A stretch of 64,000 nucleotides of DNA. Origin: an uncultured Flavobacteriaceae bacterium (lineage in GTDB: Bacteria > Bacteroidota > Bacteroidia > Flavobacteriales > Flavobacteriaceae). The stretch spans positions 22,249-86,248 of the forward strand of contig CASIBD010000001.1 in NCBI GenBank assembly GCA_949372825.1, given 5' to 3'. The position numbers and the translations under genes were made by a program. The notes under the pieces were generated by a model. That model was not told where the DNA came from. It saw only the letters and a list, made by a program, of their open reading frames with translations, and ran no database searches. This document shows, piece by piece, positions 38,531 through 48,630 of this stretch (position 1 is its first letter; the number at the start of each line of letters is the position of its first letter).

Positions 38531-40153
38531 ATGAAATATACATTCTCTTTCTTTTTTATAATTTCAATTTTACTTTCTAGTTGTTCTTCAAAGCAACAAA
38601 AAAATGAAAGACCTAATATATTATTTATAATGTCCGATGACCACGCTTATCAAGCTATAAGTGCTTATGATGACAGACTAATACAGACTCCTAACATTGA
38701 TAGAATTGCAAATGAAGGAATGCTTTTTCATAATGCCTCAGTAACTAATTCCATATGCGCTCCATCAAGAGCTGTAATATTGACTGGAAAACATAGTCAT
38801 TTAAATGGAAAGATTGATAATCATGCTAAATTTGATGATTCACAAATCACCTTTCCTCAACTTTTTCAAGATGCAGGATATCAAACAGCCATGTTTGGAA
38901 AACTTCATTTTGGAAATAATCCAAAAGGAGTAGATGATTTTTTAATATTACCAGGACAAGGATCTTATATTAACCCAAAGTTTATTGGTAAGGATAGTGA
39001 TACAATAATTACTGGTTATGTTACAGACATAATTACCGATGTAACTTTAGATTGGCTAGATAAAAAGAGAGATAAAGAAAAGCCTTTTATGATGATGTAT
39101 CTGCATAAAGCACCCCATAGAGCTTGGTGGCCTAGTCCTGAAAAGTTTGCTGAGTTTTATGAAAAGAAATTTCCTGAACCGAAAACTCTTTTTGATGACT
39201 ATTCTGGAAGAGGAACTGCAGCTAAAACAGCAGAAATGAATATTCTAACACACATGCAATATATGCATGATAGTAAAGTAAGGCCTGAGACTATAAAAGA
39301 AATGGGTAAAGTGGAGCCTGAGATTGTTTATATAAAAGGAGATGGTAGTTTAATGCGTCCTACTGAACAAGGATTTTATCGTCCATTTGGTAGAGCAAAT
39401 CAGGAACAGAAGAGATTATATGATGTTACTTTAGATAAGATTAGTAAGGATTTTAAGGAAAACTGGCCTACTATGAATGATAAGGAAAAGATGCAATGGA
39501 AGTTTCAAAGATATATGCAAGATTATTTAGCAACAATTTCCTCAGTAGATGACAATGTTGGAAGAGTTTTAGATTACTTAGATAAAACTGGTTTAGATGA
39601 AAATACTATAGTAGTATACACATCTGATCAAGGATTTTATTTAGGAGAACATGGATGGTTTGATAAGAGGTTTATCTATGACGAGTCTTTCAAAACTCCA
39701 TTAATGATAAAATGGCCAAATAAAATTAAACCTGGTACAACAAACGAAGAAATGGTTCAAAATTTAGATTTTGCTCAAACTTTTTTAGAGGCTGCCATGA
39801 TTGATGCTCCCTTAGATATGCAAGGCGAAAGCTTGATTCCTTTGTTGACTGGAAACTCAGATGATTGGGATAGAGAGGCTGTCTATTATCATTATTATGA
39901 ATACCCATCTGTTCATATGGCAAAAAGACACTATGGGATTGTAAATAAAGAATTCAAATTAGTTCATTTTTATTACGATATAGATGAATGGGAGTTGTAT
40001 GATAGACTAAATGATCCAAATGAAATGAATAATGTTTACAATGATCCCAAGTATAAAGATGAAGTAGAAAAATTAACAGAAGAATTAAAAGAAATGAGAA
40101 TAAAATATAAAGATTCAGAAGAATTAGATAATAGTTTTATCTACAAAAACTAA
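38531..40153 (+). CDS. Formylglycine-dependent sulfatase (S1 family), lipoprotein
   Basis: Lipobox (LLSSCSS), MSDDH, CAPSRAVILTG. Confidence 0.9.
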   Translation: MKYTFSFFFIISILLSSCSSKQQKNERPNILFIMSDDHAYQAISAYDDRLIQTPNIDRIANEGMLFHNASVTNSICAPSRAVILTGKHSHLNGKIDNHAKFDDSQITFPQLFQDAGYQTAMFGKLHFGNNPKGVDDFLILPGQGSYINPKFIGKDSDTIITGYVTDIITDVTLDWLDKKRDKEKPFMMMYLHKAPHRAWWPSPEKFAEFYEKKFPEPKTLFDDYSGRGTAAKTAEMNILTHMQYMHDSKVRPETIKEMGKVEPEIVYIKGDGSLMRPTEQGFYRPFGRANQEQKRLYDVTLDKISKDFKENWPTMNDKEKMQWKFQRYMQDYLATISSVDDNVGRVLDYLDKTGLDENTIVVYTSDQGFYLGEHGWFDKRFIYDESFKTPLMIKWPNKIKPGTTNEEMVQNLDFAQTFLEAAMIDAPLDMQGESLIPLLTGNSDDWDREAVYYHYYEYPSVHMAKRHYGIVNKEFKLVHFYYDIDEWELYDRLNDPNEMNNVYNDPKYKDEVEKLTEELKEMRIKYKDSEELDNSFIYKN

Positions 40154-40165
40154 TTATAAATTATT

Positions 40166-41719
40166 CTATTCATCTGCGGGCTTAAAATAAATTCGTTTCC
40201 CATTTTTATTATATATATCTCCATGAGTTAGATTTGGAGCTTTTCGGTAAGATTCTTGTTCAAATTGTCTTCCAACTCCCTTAGGTTTAAGTTTTGCATT
40301 TGCTATTCTTATGTCAATTTCTATTTTCATTGAGTCAAGTAATAAGGAGTAATTAGGATTACTTACAAGGTTTTTTAATTCTTCCTTGTCATTTTTATGA
40401 TCATAAAGTTCATATCCTAATTCACCATTCTCTCCCCATTTGGTTAGTCTAAAATTTTCAGTTTTAATTGAGTAACCATTTCTCCATCTTGTTAAAGCAC
40501 TATTTCTTGTTTTAAAATTATTGTTTTCAAAAACAGGTTTAAGGCTTTTCCCAACCACATGATCTGGTGACTCAATTCCAGTTAAATCCATTAATGTTGG
40601 ATAAATATCAATTAATTCTACAGGTGAATTTTCGATTCTTATATTACTTTCAATTCCAGGACCTGAAAAAATAAGAGGAACTCTTGTTGAATTATCAAAA
40701 AGAGTTTGTTTTTGCCAATGTCCATGTTCCCCAAGATGATATCCATGGTCAGATGTAAATACTACAATTGTATTTTTATCTAAACCAGTTTGTTTTAGTT
40801 TTTTTAATATTCTTCCAATTTGAGCATCTACAAAAGTTGTTGTTGCGAAGTATGCTTCTTTAATTTCCTGAGCAAGCTTTTTGTTAGATTTTAAATTAAG
40901 TTTTATTTGATTTTTTTTCAATCTAATTGAATTTGCCGCTGTTTTTGGAATTGTCTTTAAGTATTCATCATTGCTACCATTATAGGGAATTTCGATTGAG
41001 TTTCTGTCGTACATGTCAAAATATTTTTTAGGAGCTACAAATGGTGTGTGAGGTCTATACATTCCTACAGCTAAAAAAAAATTTTGTCCAGTTTTAGAAA
41101 AACTTTCTAGTTGTTCTATTGCTTCAGTTGCACCAATTCCATCAGTTTGTTCCTCGTCAGTTCCATCAGCTGCTAACCAACTTAGAGTTCCTCCATATTG
41201 TCTTGTTGTTAAAGTATTTATTTTATACTCTTCAATTTTATCTCTTCCATAGGGATTAATTGTTTGATCCCAGGTATATATGTCATCAGCACTAGAGGTT
41301 CCTATTGAGCTAGGGTTGTCAAAGTGATAAATTTTTCCAATTCTTACTGATCTATAACCCTGTTGTCTAAATCTTTGCCCCATTGTTATAACATCAGGAA
41401 CTGTGGTTCTTAGTAATACATTATTATTAGTCATCTTAGTTTGATCTGTATACATTCCGGTCATAAAAGAAGCTCTAGATGGACCACATAATGGATATTG
41501 GTTGTGTACATTTCCAAAAAGAGTTCCGTTTTTAGCTAATTTGTCAATGTTAGGACTTATAACTTGAGGATGACCATAAGAACCTAAATCACAATTTAAA
41601 TCATCTGCAATTATAAAAAGGACATTTAGTTTTTGATTTTTATCAATTGTATTAGATTTTTTACATCCAAGTACTAGTACAAAAAATAATAAGCCTAAAG
41701 TAATTTTAATATATTTCAT
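40166..41719 (-). CDS. Formylglycine-dependent sulfatase (S1 family; iduronate-2-sulfatase-like), lipoprotein
   Basis: Lipobox (VLGCKK), IADDL, CGPSRASFMTG. The only minus-strand gene inside the PUL. Confidence 0.9.
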   Translation of the reverse strand: MKYIKITLGLLFFVLVLGCKKSNTIDKNQKLNVLFIIADDLNCDLGSYGHPQVISPNIDKLAKNGTLFGNVHNQYPLCGPSRASFMTGMYTDQTKMTNNNVLLRTTVPDVITMGQRFRQQGYRSVRIGKIYHFDNPSSIGTSSADDIYTWDQTINPYGRDKIEEYKINTLTTRQYGGTLSWLAADGTDEEQTDGIGATEAIEQLESFSKTGQNFFLAVGMYRPHTPFVAPKKYFDMYDRNSIEIPYNGSNDEYLKTIPKTAANSIRLKKNQIKLNLKSNKKLAQEIKEAYFATTTFVDAQIGRILKKLKQTGLDKNTIVVFTSDHGYHLGEHGHWQKQTLFDNSTRVPLIFSGPGIESNIRIENSPVELIDIYPTLMDLTGIESPDHVVGKSLKPVFENNNFKTRNSALTRWRNGYSIKTENFRLTKWGENGELGYELYDHKNDKEELKNLVSNPNYSLLLDSMKIEIDIRIANAKLKPKGVGRQFEQESYRKAPNLTHGDIYNKNGKRIYFKPADE

Positions 41720-41805
41720 AACGAATATTTACATGTTTCAATATATTAAATTTAAATCTAAAAAATATGCAATTTATCTGAGTGAATTGAATTAAATTTA
41801 TAATT

Positions 41806-43212
41806 ATGAAAAACTTATTCAAATTTTTCTATCTTTTTATTTTATTGCTAACTACTTTAACTGGATGTAAGCAAAAACAATATCAACCAAATATTGTTTG
41901 GCTTGTTGCTGAAGACCAATCTCAGCATTTTTTCCCATTCTACGGAGACAAATCTGTTAATTTAACTAATATTAGTTTTTTACTTGAAAATGGGATTATA
42001 TACGATGATATGAACTCTCCATACCCAGTGTGCGCACCTGCTAGAAGTGGAATAATTACCGGAATGTACCCCAATTCTATAGGAACAGGAAACATGAGAG
42101 CACTTAGTGATTATAGAAATATAAGAAATGAAAATGAAGCTTCTTTGGAGATACCATATTATTCATCAAAAATAGCTGAAAGTATTAAACCTTTTACTCA
42201 AATTTTAAGAGACAACGGATATTATTGTACAAACAATTCGAAAAGAGATTATAATTTTAAATTAAGAGATGAAGCTTGGGATGATTCTAGTAATGATGCA
42301 ACATGGGAAAATAGAGAAGAGGGTAAACCTTTTTTTTCAGTTTTCAATTTTAATGTCACTCATGAATCCCAAATATGGAAAAGAGATAAACAACAACTTA
42401 AAGTAAATCCAAATACTTTAACAGTTCCACCTGTGTTTCCTAAAGATTCAATTTCTAGGCACGCTTTGGCGGTAAACTATTCAAATTTAGTAGAAATGGA
42501 TAGGCAAATGGGTCTGATTATAAAAAAATTAAAGGATCAAGGTTTGTATAATAATACTTATATCTTTTTTTATAGTGATCATGGTGGACCCTTTCCTCGT
42601 TATAAAAGATCAATTCATGAAACAGGATCCAAGGTTCCGTTAATTGTTAAGTTTCCTTCAAATGTTAAAGTAAAAGAAAAAAGGAATAGAGATATGTTAA
42701 ATTTTATTGATTTTGCACCTACAATTTTATCCATTGCAGAAATTGATATTCCTGAAATATATCAAGGAAAAGCCTTTTTAGGAAATCAAAAATCAAAAAT
42801 TAAAAGAAAATATCTGTTTACTGCCAGTGATAGGTTTGACGAACATTCTGATAGAATTAGAGCTGTAAAAAGTAAAAGATTTAAATACATAAGAAATTAT
42901 AATATTAATAAACCTCATGCTTTAAACATAGGATATAGAACTCAGATGGCTTTAATGCAGCATTTAAATAAATTAAATAATTCCAACAAATTATCTCCAG
43001 AACAGAAACTCTGGTTTCAAGTTCCTAAAAATCCTGAAGAATTTTATGATTTAAAAAATGACCCCTTTGAATTAAATAATCTGATTGTAGATAATAATTA
43101 TTCAAAGCAATTGAATGATTTAAGAAACCAACTTGATATGTGGATGAAAGAAATAAATGATTTGGGTCATTTTCCAGAGAAAGAATTAGCAAAATTATTA
43201 ACTGATAATTAA
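41806..43212 (+). CDS. Formylglycine-dependent sulfatase (S1 family), lipoprotein
   Basis: Lipobox (LTGCKQ), VAEDQ, CAPARSGIITG (C-x-P-x-R). Confidence 0.9.
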   Translation: MKNLFKFFYLFILLLTTLTGCKQKQYQPNIVWLVAEDQSQHFFPFYGDKSVNLTNISFLLENGIIYDDMNSPYPVCAPARSGIITGMYPNSIGTGNMRALSDYRNIRNENEASLEIPYYSSKIAESIKPFTQILRDNGYYCTNNSKRDYNFKLRDEAWDDSSNDATWENREEGKPFFSVFNFNVTHESQIWKRDKQQLKVNPNTLTVPPVFPKDSISRHALAVNYSNLVEMDRQMGLIIKKLKDQGLYNNTYIFFYSDHGGPFPRYKRSIHETGSKVPLIVKFPSNVKVKEKRNRDMLNFIDFAPTILSIAEIDIPEIYQGKAFLGNQKSKIKRKYLFTASDRFDEHSDRIRAVKSKRFKYIRNYNINKPHALNIGYRTQMALMQHLNKLNNSNKLSPEQKLWFQVPKNPEEFYDLKNDPFELNNLIVDNNYSKQLNDLRNQLDMWMKEINDLGHFPEKELAKLLTDN

Positions 43213-43221
43213 ATTTAATTT

Positions 43222-43950
43222 ATGAAAAAATTAACTATTCTTTTATTCTTGTTTACTTTTTTATTACAACCAAATAATTGTTTTGGACAAAATTCTAATA
43301 TTGATAATAAATACACTTTTAAAGAAGGTGATTATAATGGAATTGGAAAGTGGTATATGGGTAGAGAAATAGCCTATGTAATGGGATTTCAAGGAATTGA
43401 TTGGTTAGAAAGATCTGAAAGAGAACAGGAAGAAAACGTTTCTAAATTGATTCAAAACATGAGGATTAGGTCCGATGATATTATTGCAGATATTGGAGCT
43501 GGATCAGGTTATCATGCTTTTAGAATTGCCACTTTAGCCAAAAATGGTTTAGTCTATGCAGTTGATATTCAAACAGAAATGTTGATGACTATTGAAAAGA
43601 ATAAAGAGTTTAGTAAAATCAAAAATATTGAAACAATTTTGGGAACTGAAAAAAGTGTTCAATTACCTAAAAATTCAGTTGATAAAATTTTAATGGTTGA
43701 CGTGTATCATGAGTTTAGTTTTCCAGTAGAAATGATTAATTCCATGAAAAACGCTTTGAAACCCAATGGGCAGTTGTTTTTAATAGAATATAGAGGAGAA
43801 GATCCACTAGTTCCTATCAAAACAATCCATAAAATGACTGAAAAACAAGCTTTGAAAGAAATGGAATCAGCAGGTTTTAAACTAAAAGAAAATATTGATA
43901 ATCTTCCCTGGCAACATTGTATGATTTTTGTAAAAAATGATAAAAAATGA
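43222..43950 (+). CDS. Class I SAM-dependent methyltransferase with N-terminal signal peptide
   Basis: Motif I (IADIGAGSGYHAF) and downstream Rossmann-fold MTase motifs, preceded by a hydrophobic leader (MKKLTILLFLFTFLLQPNNCFGQ). Confidence 0.85.
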   Translation: MKKLTILLFLFTFLLQPNNCFGQNSNIDNKYTFKEGDYNGIGKWYMGREIAYVMGFQGIDWLERSEREQEENVSKLIQNMRIRSDDIIADIGAGSGYHAFRIATLAKNGLVYAVDIQTEMLMTIEKNKEFSKIKNIETILGTEKSVQLPKNSVDKILMVDVYHEFSFPVEMINSMKNALKPNGQLFLIEYRGEDPLVPIKTIHKMTEKQALKEMESAGFKLKENIDNLPWQHCMIFVKNDKK

Positions 43951-43953
43951 CAT

Positions 43954-45069
43954 ATGCTTAGAATGATATTTTCTTCAATTTTTTTCTTTCTTTCTTTTCA
44001 ATCTTATTCTCAAGTCGAAAATGAATATTCTATTAAAAATATTTTAATCGATAACGATTACGATCTCAACTCTTTTTACATAGGAGCAACACTAAATCAT
44101 AGTCAATTAAACACTCCTGTTGAAAAATTATTTTTAAGTGAATTCACATATTCAACACCAGAAAATTGTGCTAAGCAAACAATGATACATCCTAAACCAG
44201 GAATTTGGAAATGGAAAAAATTTGAGGATTATTTAAAATTTGCTAATAAAAATGATATCACTCTAAGAGTTCATGGTCCTGTAAGTCCACAAGCTTCAAA
44301 ATGGGCTAAAAACGATTCAAGAACTAAAAAAGAACTTCTTACAAATATAAATGAGTTTTTCACTGCTCTTTGTATTAAAGTAAATAAGGAACCCTCCGTA
44401 AAATGGATGGATGTAGTTAATGAGACTGTAACTCGAAACGGTACTTGGTTTGCTGAAAAACCAGGAGATTCAAAATGGGAAAACCCTTGGACTCAAATTG
44501 GCTTGAACGCTGACGGTATTCCAATATACATTGTTCGAGCTTTTGAAATAGCTAATGAGTTCGCCCCAAATATTAGTTTAGTATATAACCAACATGCTGG
44601 AATGGAACCTGTAATGTGGAAAAAAATATTAGAAACAGTTTTGTATTTAAAAGAAAGTGGTCTCAGGGTAGATGGTATTGGTTGGCAAGCCCATTTAAAT
44701 GACATGAAAGATTTGGCAATGGATAAAGAGAAATTAGATTTTTTTGCTTCTTTAATTGATTGGACACATGCCAATGGCATGGACTTTCATGTAACTGAAA
44801 TGGATTACAAGATTAGAGAAGATCCTCCTTTAAATGCATCCTTACAGAGACAATCTGCAGCATATTCCAACATAATAAAGATATTGATATCAAGAAAAGA
44901 TAGTGGAGTGGTAACTTTCAATACATGGGGAATGATAGATAGACCAGGAAGTCATACAAATGGATACAGGTTCCTATTTAATAAAGATTTAAAACCTAAA
45001 CCAGCAATGTTTGCAATAAAAAGAACTTTGATAAAAAGGGATACATCACTTGTTTTAATCAAAAAGTGA
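43954..45069 (+). CDS. GH10-like endo-beta-1,4-xylanase-family glycoside hydrolase
   Basis: Signal peptide. WMDVVNET (acid/base Glu context) and FHVTEMDYK (nucleophile Glu context) match the GH10 TIM-barrel signatures. Confidence 0.75.
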   Translation: MLRMIFSSIFFFLSFQSYSQVENEYSIKNILIDNDYDLNSFYIGATLNHSQLNTPVEKLFLSEFTYSTPENCAKQTMIHPKPGIWKWKKFEDYLKFANKNDITLRVHGPVSPQASKWAKNDSRTKKELLTNINEFFTALCIKVNKEPSVKWMDVVNETVTRNGTWFAEKPGDSKWENPWTQIGLNADGIPIYIVRAFEIANEFAPNISLVYNQHAGMEPVMWKKILETVLYLKESGLRVDGIGWQAHLNDMKDLAMDKEKLDFFASLIDWTHANGMDFHVTEMDYKIREDPPLNASLQRQSAAYSNIIKILISRKDSGVVTFNTWGMIDRPGSHTNGYRFLFNKDLKPKPAMFAIKRTLIKRDTSLVLIKK

Positions 45070-45236
45070 TTATCAAATAATCAAGTTGTAATATTTTTTT
45101 GATTGAAACGATTTTTAATATTCTTAGTATTAATTAGATGTCTTACTGCTATAATAATTTTTTATATTTTTTAAAATAAAAACATTCTTTTAGTAGGAAG
45201 TTTGTTATTTACTCTTATGTTTGTAATAGAACAATA

Positions 45237-45248
45237 GTGTGGGCACAC
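45237..45248. promoter_or_regulatory. Candidate operator: inverted repeat GTGTG-GG-CACAC
   Basis: Exact reverse complement of the 12-mer at 19219..19230. Lies in the 309-bp AT-rich leader, ~130 nt upstream of the SusC start at 45379. Confidence 0.45.
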
Positions 45249-45378
45249 GTTAATTGTAAAATGTTCAAAACTAGTGATTTATAACTTTTTGATTTTATTA
45301 ATAATGTGTAAAATATTAGATATTTATTTTATATGTAATTATAAGAAAACAGCTTTATTTAACTAAATATTACAAATT

Positions 45379-48300
45379 ATGAAATTCATATTCCGTATAA
45401 TTATTTTAACAGTCTTAACTCCTCTTATAGCTTTTTCTCAATCCAAATTAATTACTGGGACTGTTAATGATGAATTAGGCTTGCCTCTTCCAGGAGCTAC
45501 TATTCAGGTTAAAAATTCAAATAATCTTGGAGCTATCACTAATTTTGACGGCCTTTTTACTTTAGAGGTTCCTTCAAATTCAAAACAAACCCTTATAATT
45601 TCATATATAGGTTATGTAAATGAAGAAGTAGATGTTTCTGAAAAAACAATATTTTCAATTAATTTACAAGTAGACAATGATCAGCTTGAAGAGGTGGTTG
45701 TTATTGGATATGGTACAGCTCTAAAGAAAGATATTTCAGGTTCTATTTCAACTGTTTCTGTTAAGGATAAGGTTGCAACTCAGTCCAATTCTGTAGATCA
45801 GCTTCTTCAAGGTCGTGCAACTGGAGTTCAGGTTATACAAAATAGTGCTACTCCAGGATCCGGAATTAGTGTAAAAATTAGAGGAACTAATAGTTTAAGA
45901 GGAAATAATGAACCTCTATATGTTATTGATGGAATTATTATTTCTTCTGCTGGCGAAGATGTACTGCCAACAGGTGTAGGAAATACTGGACAAGAAACTC
46001 AAAATGGTTTAAATGGTATAAATCCACGAGATATAGAAAGCATTCAAGTGCTGAAAGATGCTTCAGCAACAGCAATATACGGATCAAGAGGAGCTAATGG
46101 AGTTGTTTTAATTACTACTAAAAAAGGGGTTAGCGGTGAACCTAAAATAACTACTTTTTTTACTAATTCAGTTAGGACAGTGTATAAAAAAATTAACGTT
46201 TTAGGTGCATTTGGCTATGCAAATTATGTTAATGAAATTGATCAAATTGCAGGTTTAAATCCAAGATACACTTTTGAGGAAGAAGGTATTTTAGTTGGTA
46301 GTCAAGGAATTCCAATTCTTACTGATCAATACAACTGGCAAGATGAAATATATGGAGATGGTTTTAGTCAAAAATTTGGAGTATCAGGTTCAGGAGGTGG
46401 AGAAAATGGAAATTATTATATATCAGCAGGATTTGATAATCAAAGAGGAGTAGTTACTAACTCTACATTTAAAAGCAGTGACATTAGAATTAATTTAAAC
46501 CAAGATCTTAATAAAAATCTCAAATTAAAAGCAAGAATAGGTGGTTTTATTAATAACTCAAACTTTGCTGAAGGTGGAGATTTAGATGGAGGTGCTAATA
46601 GAAGTTTTGTAAGAAATGTTATTGCATACAGGCCTATTATATCACATGATTTAAACGATATTAATTCTGAAGATGACTACACAACAAATCCCTTTTCTTG
46701 GCAGAAGGACTTTTCTGATGTTTCTAAAGAAATGCGTTTTTTAGGTTCTGTAGGACTAACCTATAAGCTTCCATTAAAAGGATTGACTTATCAAATTAAA
46801 TATGGTGGTAATATTAGAACAAAAGATAGAAGACGTTTTTATGGACTTTCTACCTATCAAGGTTTAAATGCAAATGGAGCATTGCAAATAATGACTAAAA
46901 ATGCTAAAACTCATCAGTTTAATAATATAATTAGATTCAATAGAAGGTTTAATAGAAAACATAGAGTTAACGCAATGCTGGGAGTTACTTATGATGTAAG
47001 AAGTGTAGAGAATAGTATATATGCTGTTGAAGATTTTCTTACTATGCAATTAACAACAAATCAACCAGCTTTTGGAAATGTAATTACTAGACCATTAACA
47101 TATGTAAGAGCAGATCAACAAATATTCTCCATTTTGGGACGTGTTAATTATACGTTTGATAATAAGTATATTTTAACAGCAACTGTGAGACGAGATGGTG
47201 TATCAAAGTTTTCTAAAAATAATAGATATGGTGTTTTTCCATCCATTGCTTTAGCTTGGAACGCAGGAAATGAGGATTTTATTAAAAATTTAGATGTTTT
47301 TGAAAGTTTAAAACTTAGAGCAGGATGGGGTCAGATAGGAAACCACGGAATAGGTCCTTATGGGACCTTGTCTAATTATGGTGTTTTGAATAATTTATAT
47401 GGAAATGCTTCAGGAGGTACTAATGTTCCAATTGCATTACGAAACCTAGCAAATCCTGATCTAACCTGGGAAACAACAGAACAAGTTAACTTTGGTATTG
47501 ATTTTACTACACTAAATGATATTGTTTCAGGAAATATAGATGTGTATAATAAAACTACTAAGGATTTATTACAAAATTCTGATATCCCACCATCATCTGG
47601 TTTTACACGAATTTTAGTAAATAAAGGATCGATTACCAACAATGGTGTTGAACTTGCTTTAAATTTTAATCCAATTTCATCTGAGGACATAGAACTTAGT
47701 TTTGGAGGAAATATTTCATTTAATAAGACAAAAATTGTTAATCTAGATTCACAACCTCTTCAAGGTTTTTATGAAAATGGTGTTTTGACAGATCGAAGAT
47801 TTTATTATGGTAATACAATTAGTAGAGGAGCTATATTTAGATATCCAGCAAATGTTTTTGTTGAAGGGGAAGAGTCAAGTCTCTTCTATGGCTTTAAAAC
47901 CGATGGAATTTATCAAACAAATGATACTGATATTATTGATGGAGCTGTCCCTGGGGATGTAAGAATAGTAGATCAATTAACTGAAGATACAAATGGAGAC
48001 GGTATATTAGATTCCGGTGATGGATTGATCGATGAAAAAGACAGAACTTTTTTAGGAAATCCAAATCCTGATTTTGTGTATGGATTTAATTTTGATTTAA
48101 AATATAAACGTTGGAATCTAAGTGCTTTATTTAATGGAGTATATGGAAATGATATTGCTAATGGAATGTTATTGCAATTAGATAATGCAGAGGGAAGACC
48201 AAATGCTAATATTTTAACTGGAGCATATAACAATGCATGGAGAGTAGACACTCCGTCTAACACTCATCCAAGAATCGGGTACACCACAAGAGGGCAGATC

Positions 48301-48567
48301 GCAATTACAGACCGAATAATTGAAGATGGAAGCTATTTAAGATTAAATAACCTGACTATTGGTTACGATATTCCAGTAGGTGAAAAAAACTTTATTGATA
48401 ATTTAAATGTTTACATAGCGGGTCAAAATTTATTTACATGGACCTCTTACAGTGGATATGATCCAGAAGTTTCCACTTTTTTATATACCGGCCTAATTAC
48501 TGGTGTTGATTGGAACGGGGGAGTTAATGCTAGAAATATTTTATTAGGAGTTAATTTTAAATTCTAA
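45379..48567 (+). CDS. SusC/RagA-family TonB-dependent outer-membrane transporter
   Basis: Signal peptide, carboxypeptidase-regulatory-like domain (GTVNDELGLPLPGATIQV), plug (IESIQVLKDASATAIYGSRGANGVVLITTKKG), terminal F-K-F. Confidence 0.95.
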   Translation: MKFIFRIIILTVLTPLIAFSQSKLITGTVNDELGLPLPGATIQVKNSNNLGAITNFDGLFTLEVPSNSKQTLIISYIGYVNEEVDVSEKTIFSINLQVDNDQLEEVVVIGYGTALKKDISGSISTVSVKDKVATQSNSVDQLLQGRATGVQVIQNSATPGSGISVKIRGTNSLRGNNEPLYVIDGIIISSAGEDVLPTGVGNTGQETQNGLNGINPRDIESIQVLKDASATAIYGSRGANGVVLITTKKGVSGEPKITTFFTNSVRTVYKKINVLGAFGYANYVNEIDQIAGLNPRYTFEEEGILVGSQGIPILTDQYNWQDEIYGDGFSQKFGVSGSGGGENGNYYISAGFDNQRGVVTNSTFKSSDIRINLNQDLNKNLKLKARIGGFINNSNFAEGGDLDGGANRSFVRNVIAYRPIISHDLNDINSEDDYTTNPFSWQKDFSDVSKEMRFLGSVGLTYKLPLKGLTYQIKYGGNIRTKDRRRFYGLSTYQGLNANGALQIMTKNAKTHQFNNIIRFNRRFNRKHRVNAMLGVTYDVRSVENSIYAVEDFLTMQLTTNQPAFGNVITRPLTYVRADQQIFSILGRVNYTFDNKYILTATVRRDGVSKFSKNNRYGVFPSIALAWNAGNEDFIKNLDVFESLKLRAGWGQIGNHGIGPYGTLSNYGVLNNLYGNASGGTNVPIALRNLANPDLTWETTEQVNFGIDFTTLNDIVSGNIDVYNKTTKDLLQNSDIPPSSGFTRILVNKGSITNNGVELALNFNPISSEDIELSFGGNISFNKTKIVNLDSQPLQGFYENGVLTDRRFYYGNTISRGAIFRYPANVFVEGEESSLFYGFKTDGIYQTNDTDIIDGAVPGDVRIVDQLTEDTNGDGILDSGDGLIDEKDRTFLGNPNPDFVYGFNFDLKYKRWNLSALFNGVYGNDIANGMLLQLDNAEGRPNANILTGAYNNAWRVDTPSNTHPRIGYTTRGQIAITDRIIEDGSYLRLNNLTIGYDIPVGEKNFIDNLNVYIAGQNLFTWTSYSGYDPEVSTFLYTGLITGVDWNGGVNARNILLGVNFKF

Positions 48568-48630
48568 ACTAAAAGTTAGAAATAAACTGAAAAAAATTGA
48601 AAAAAATATTTATTACAAAAATTATTAGTT

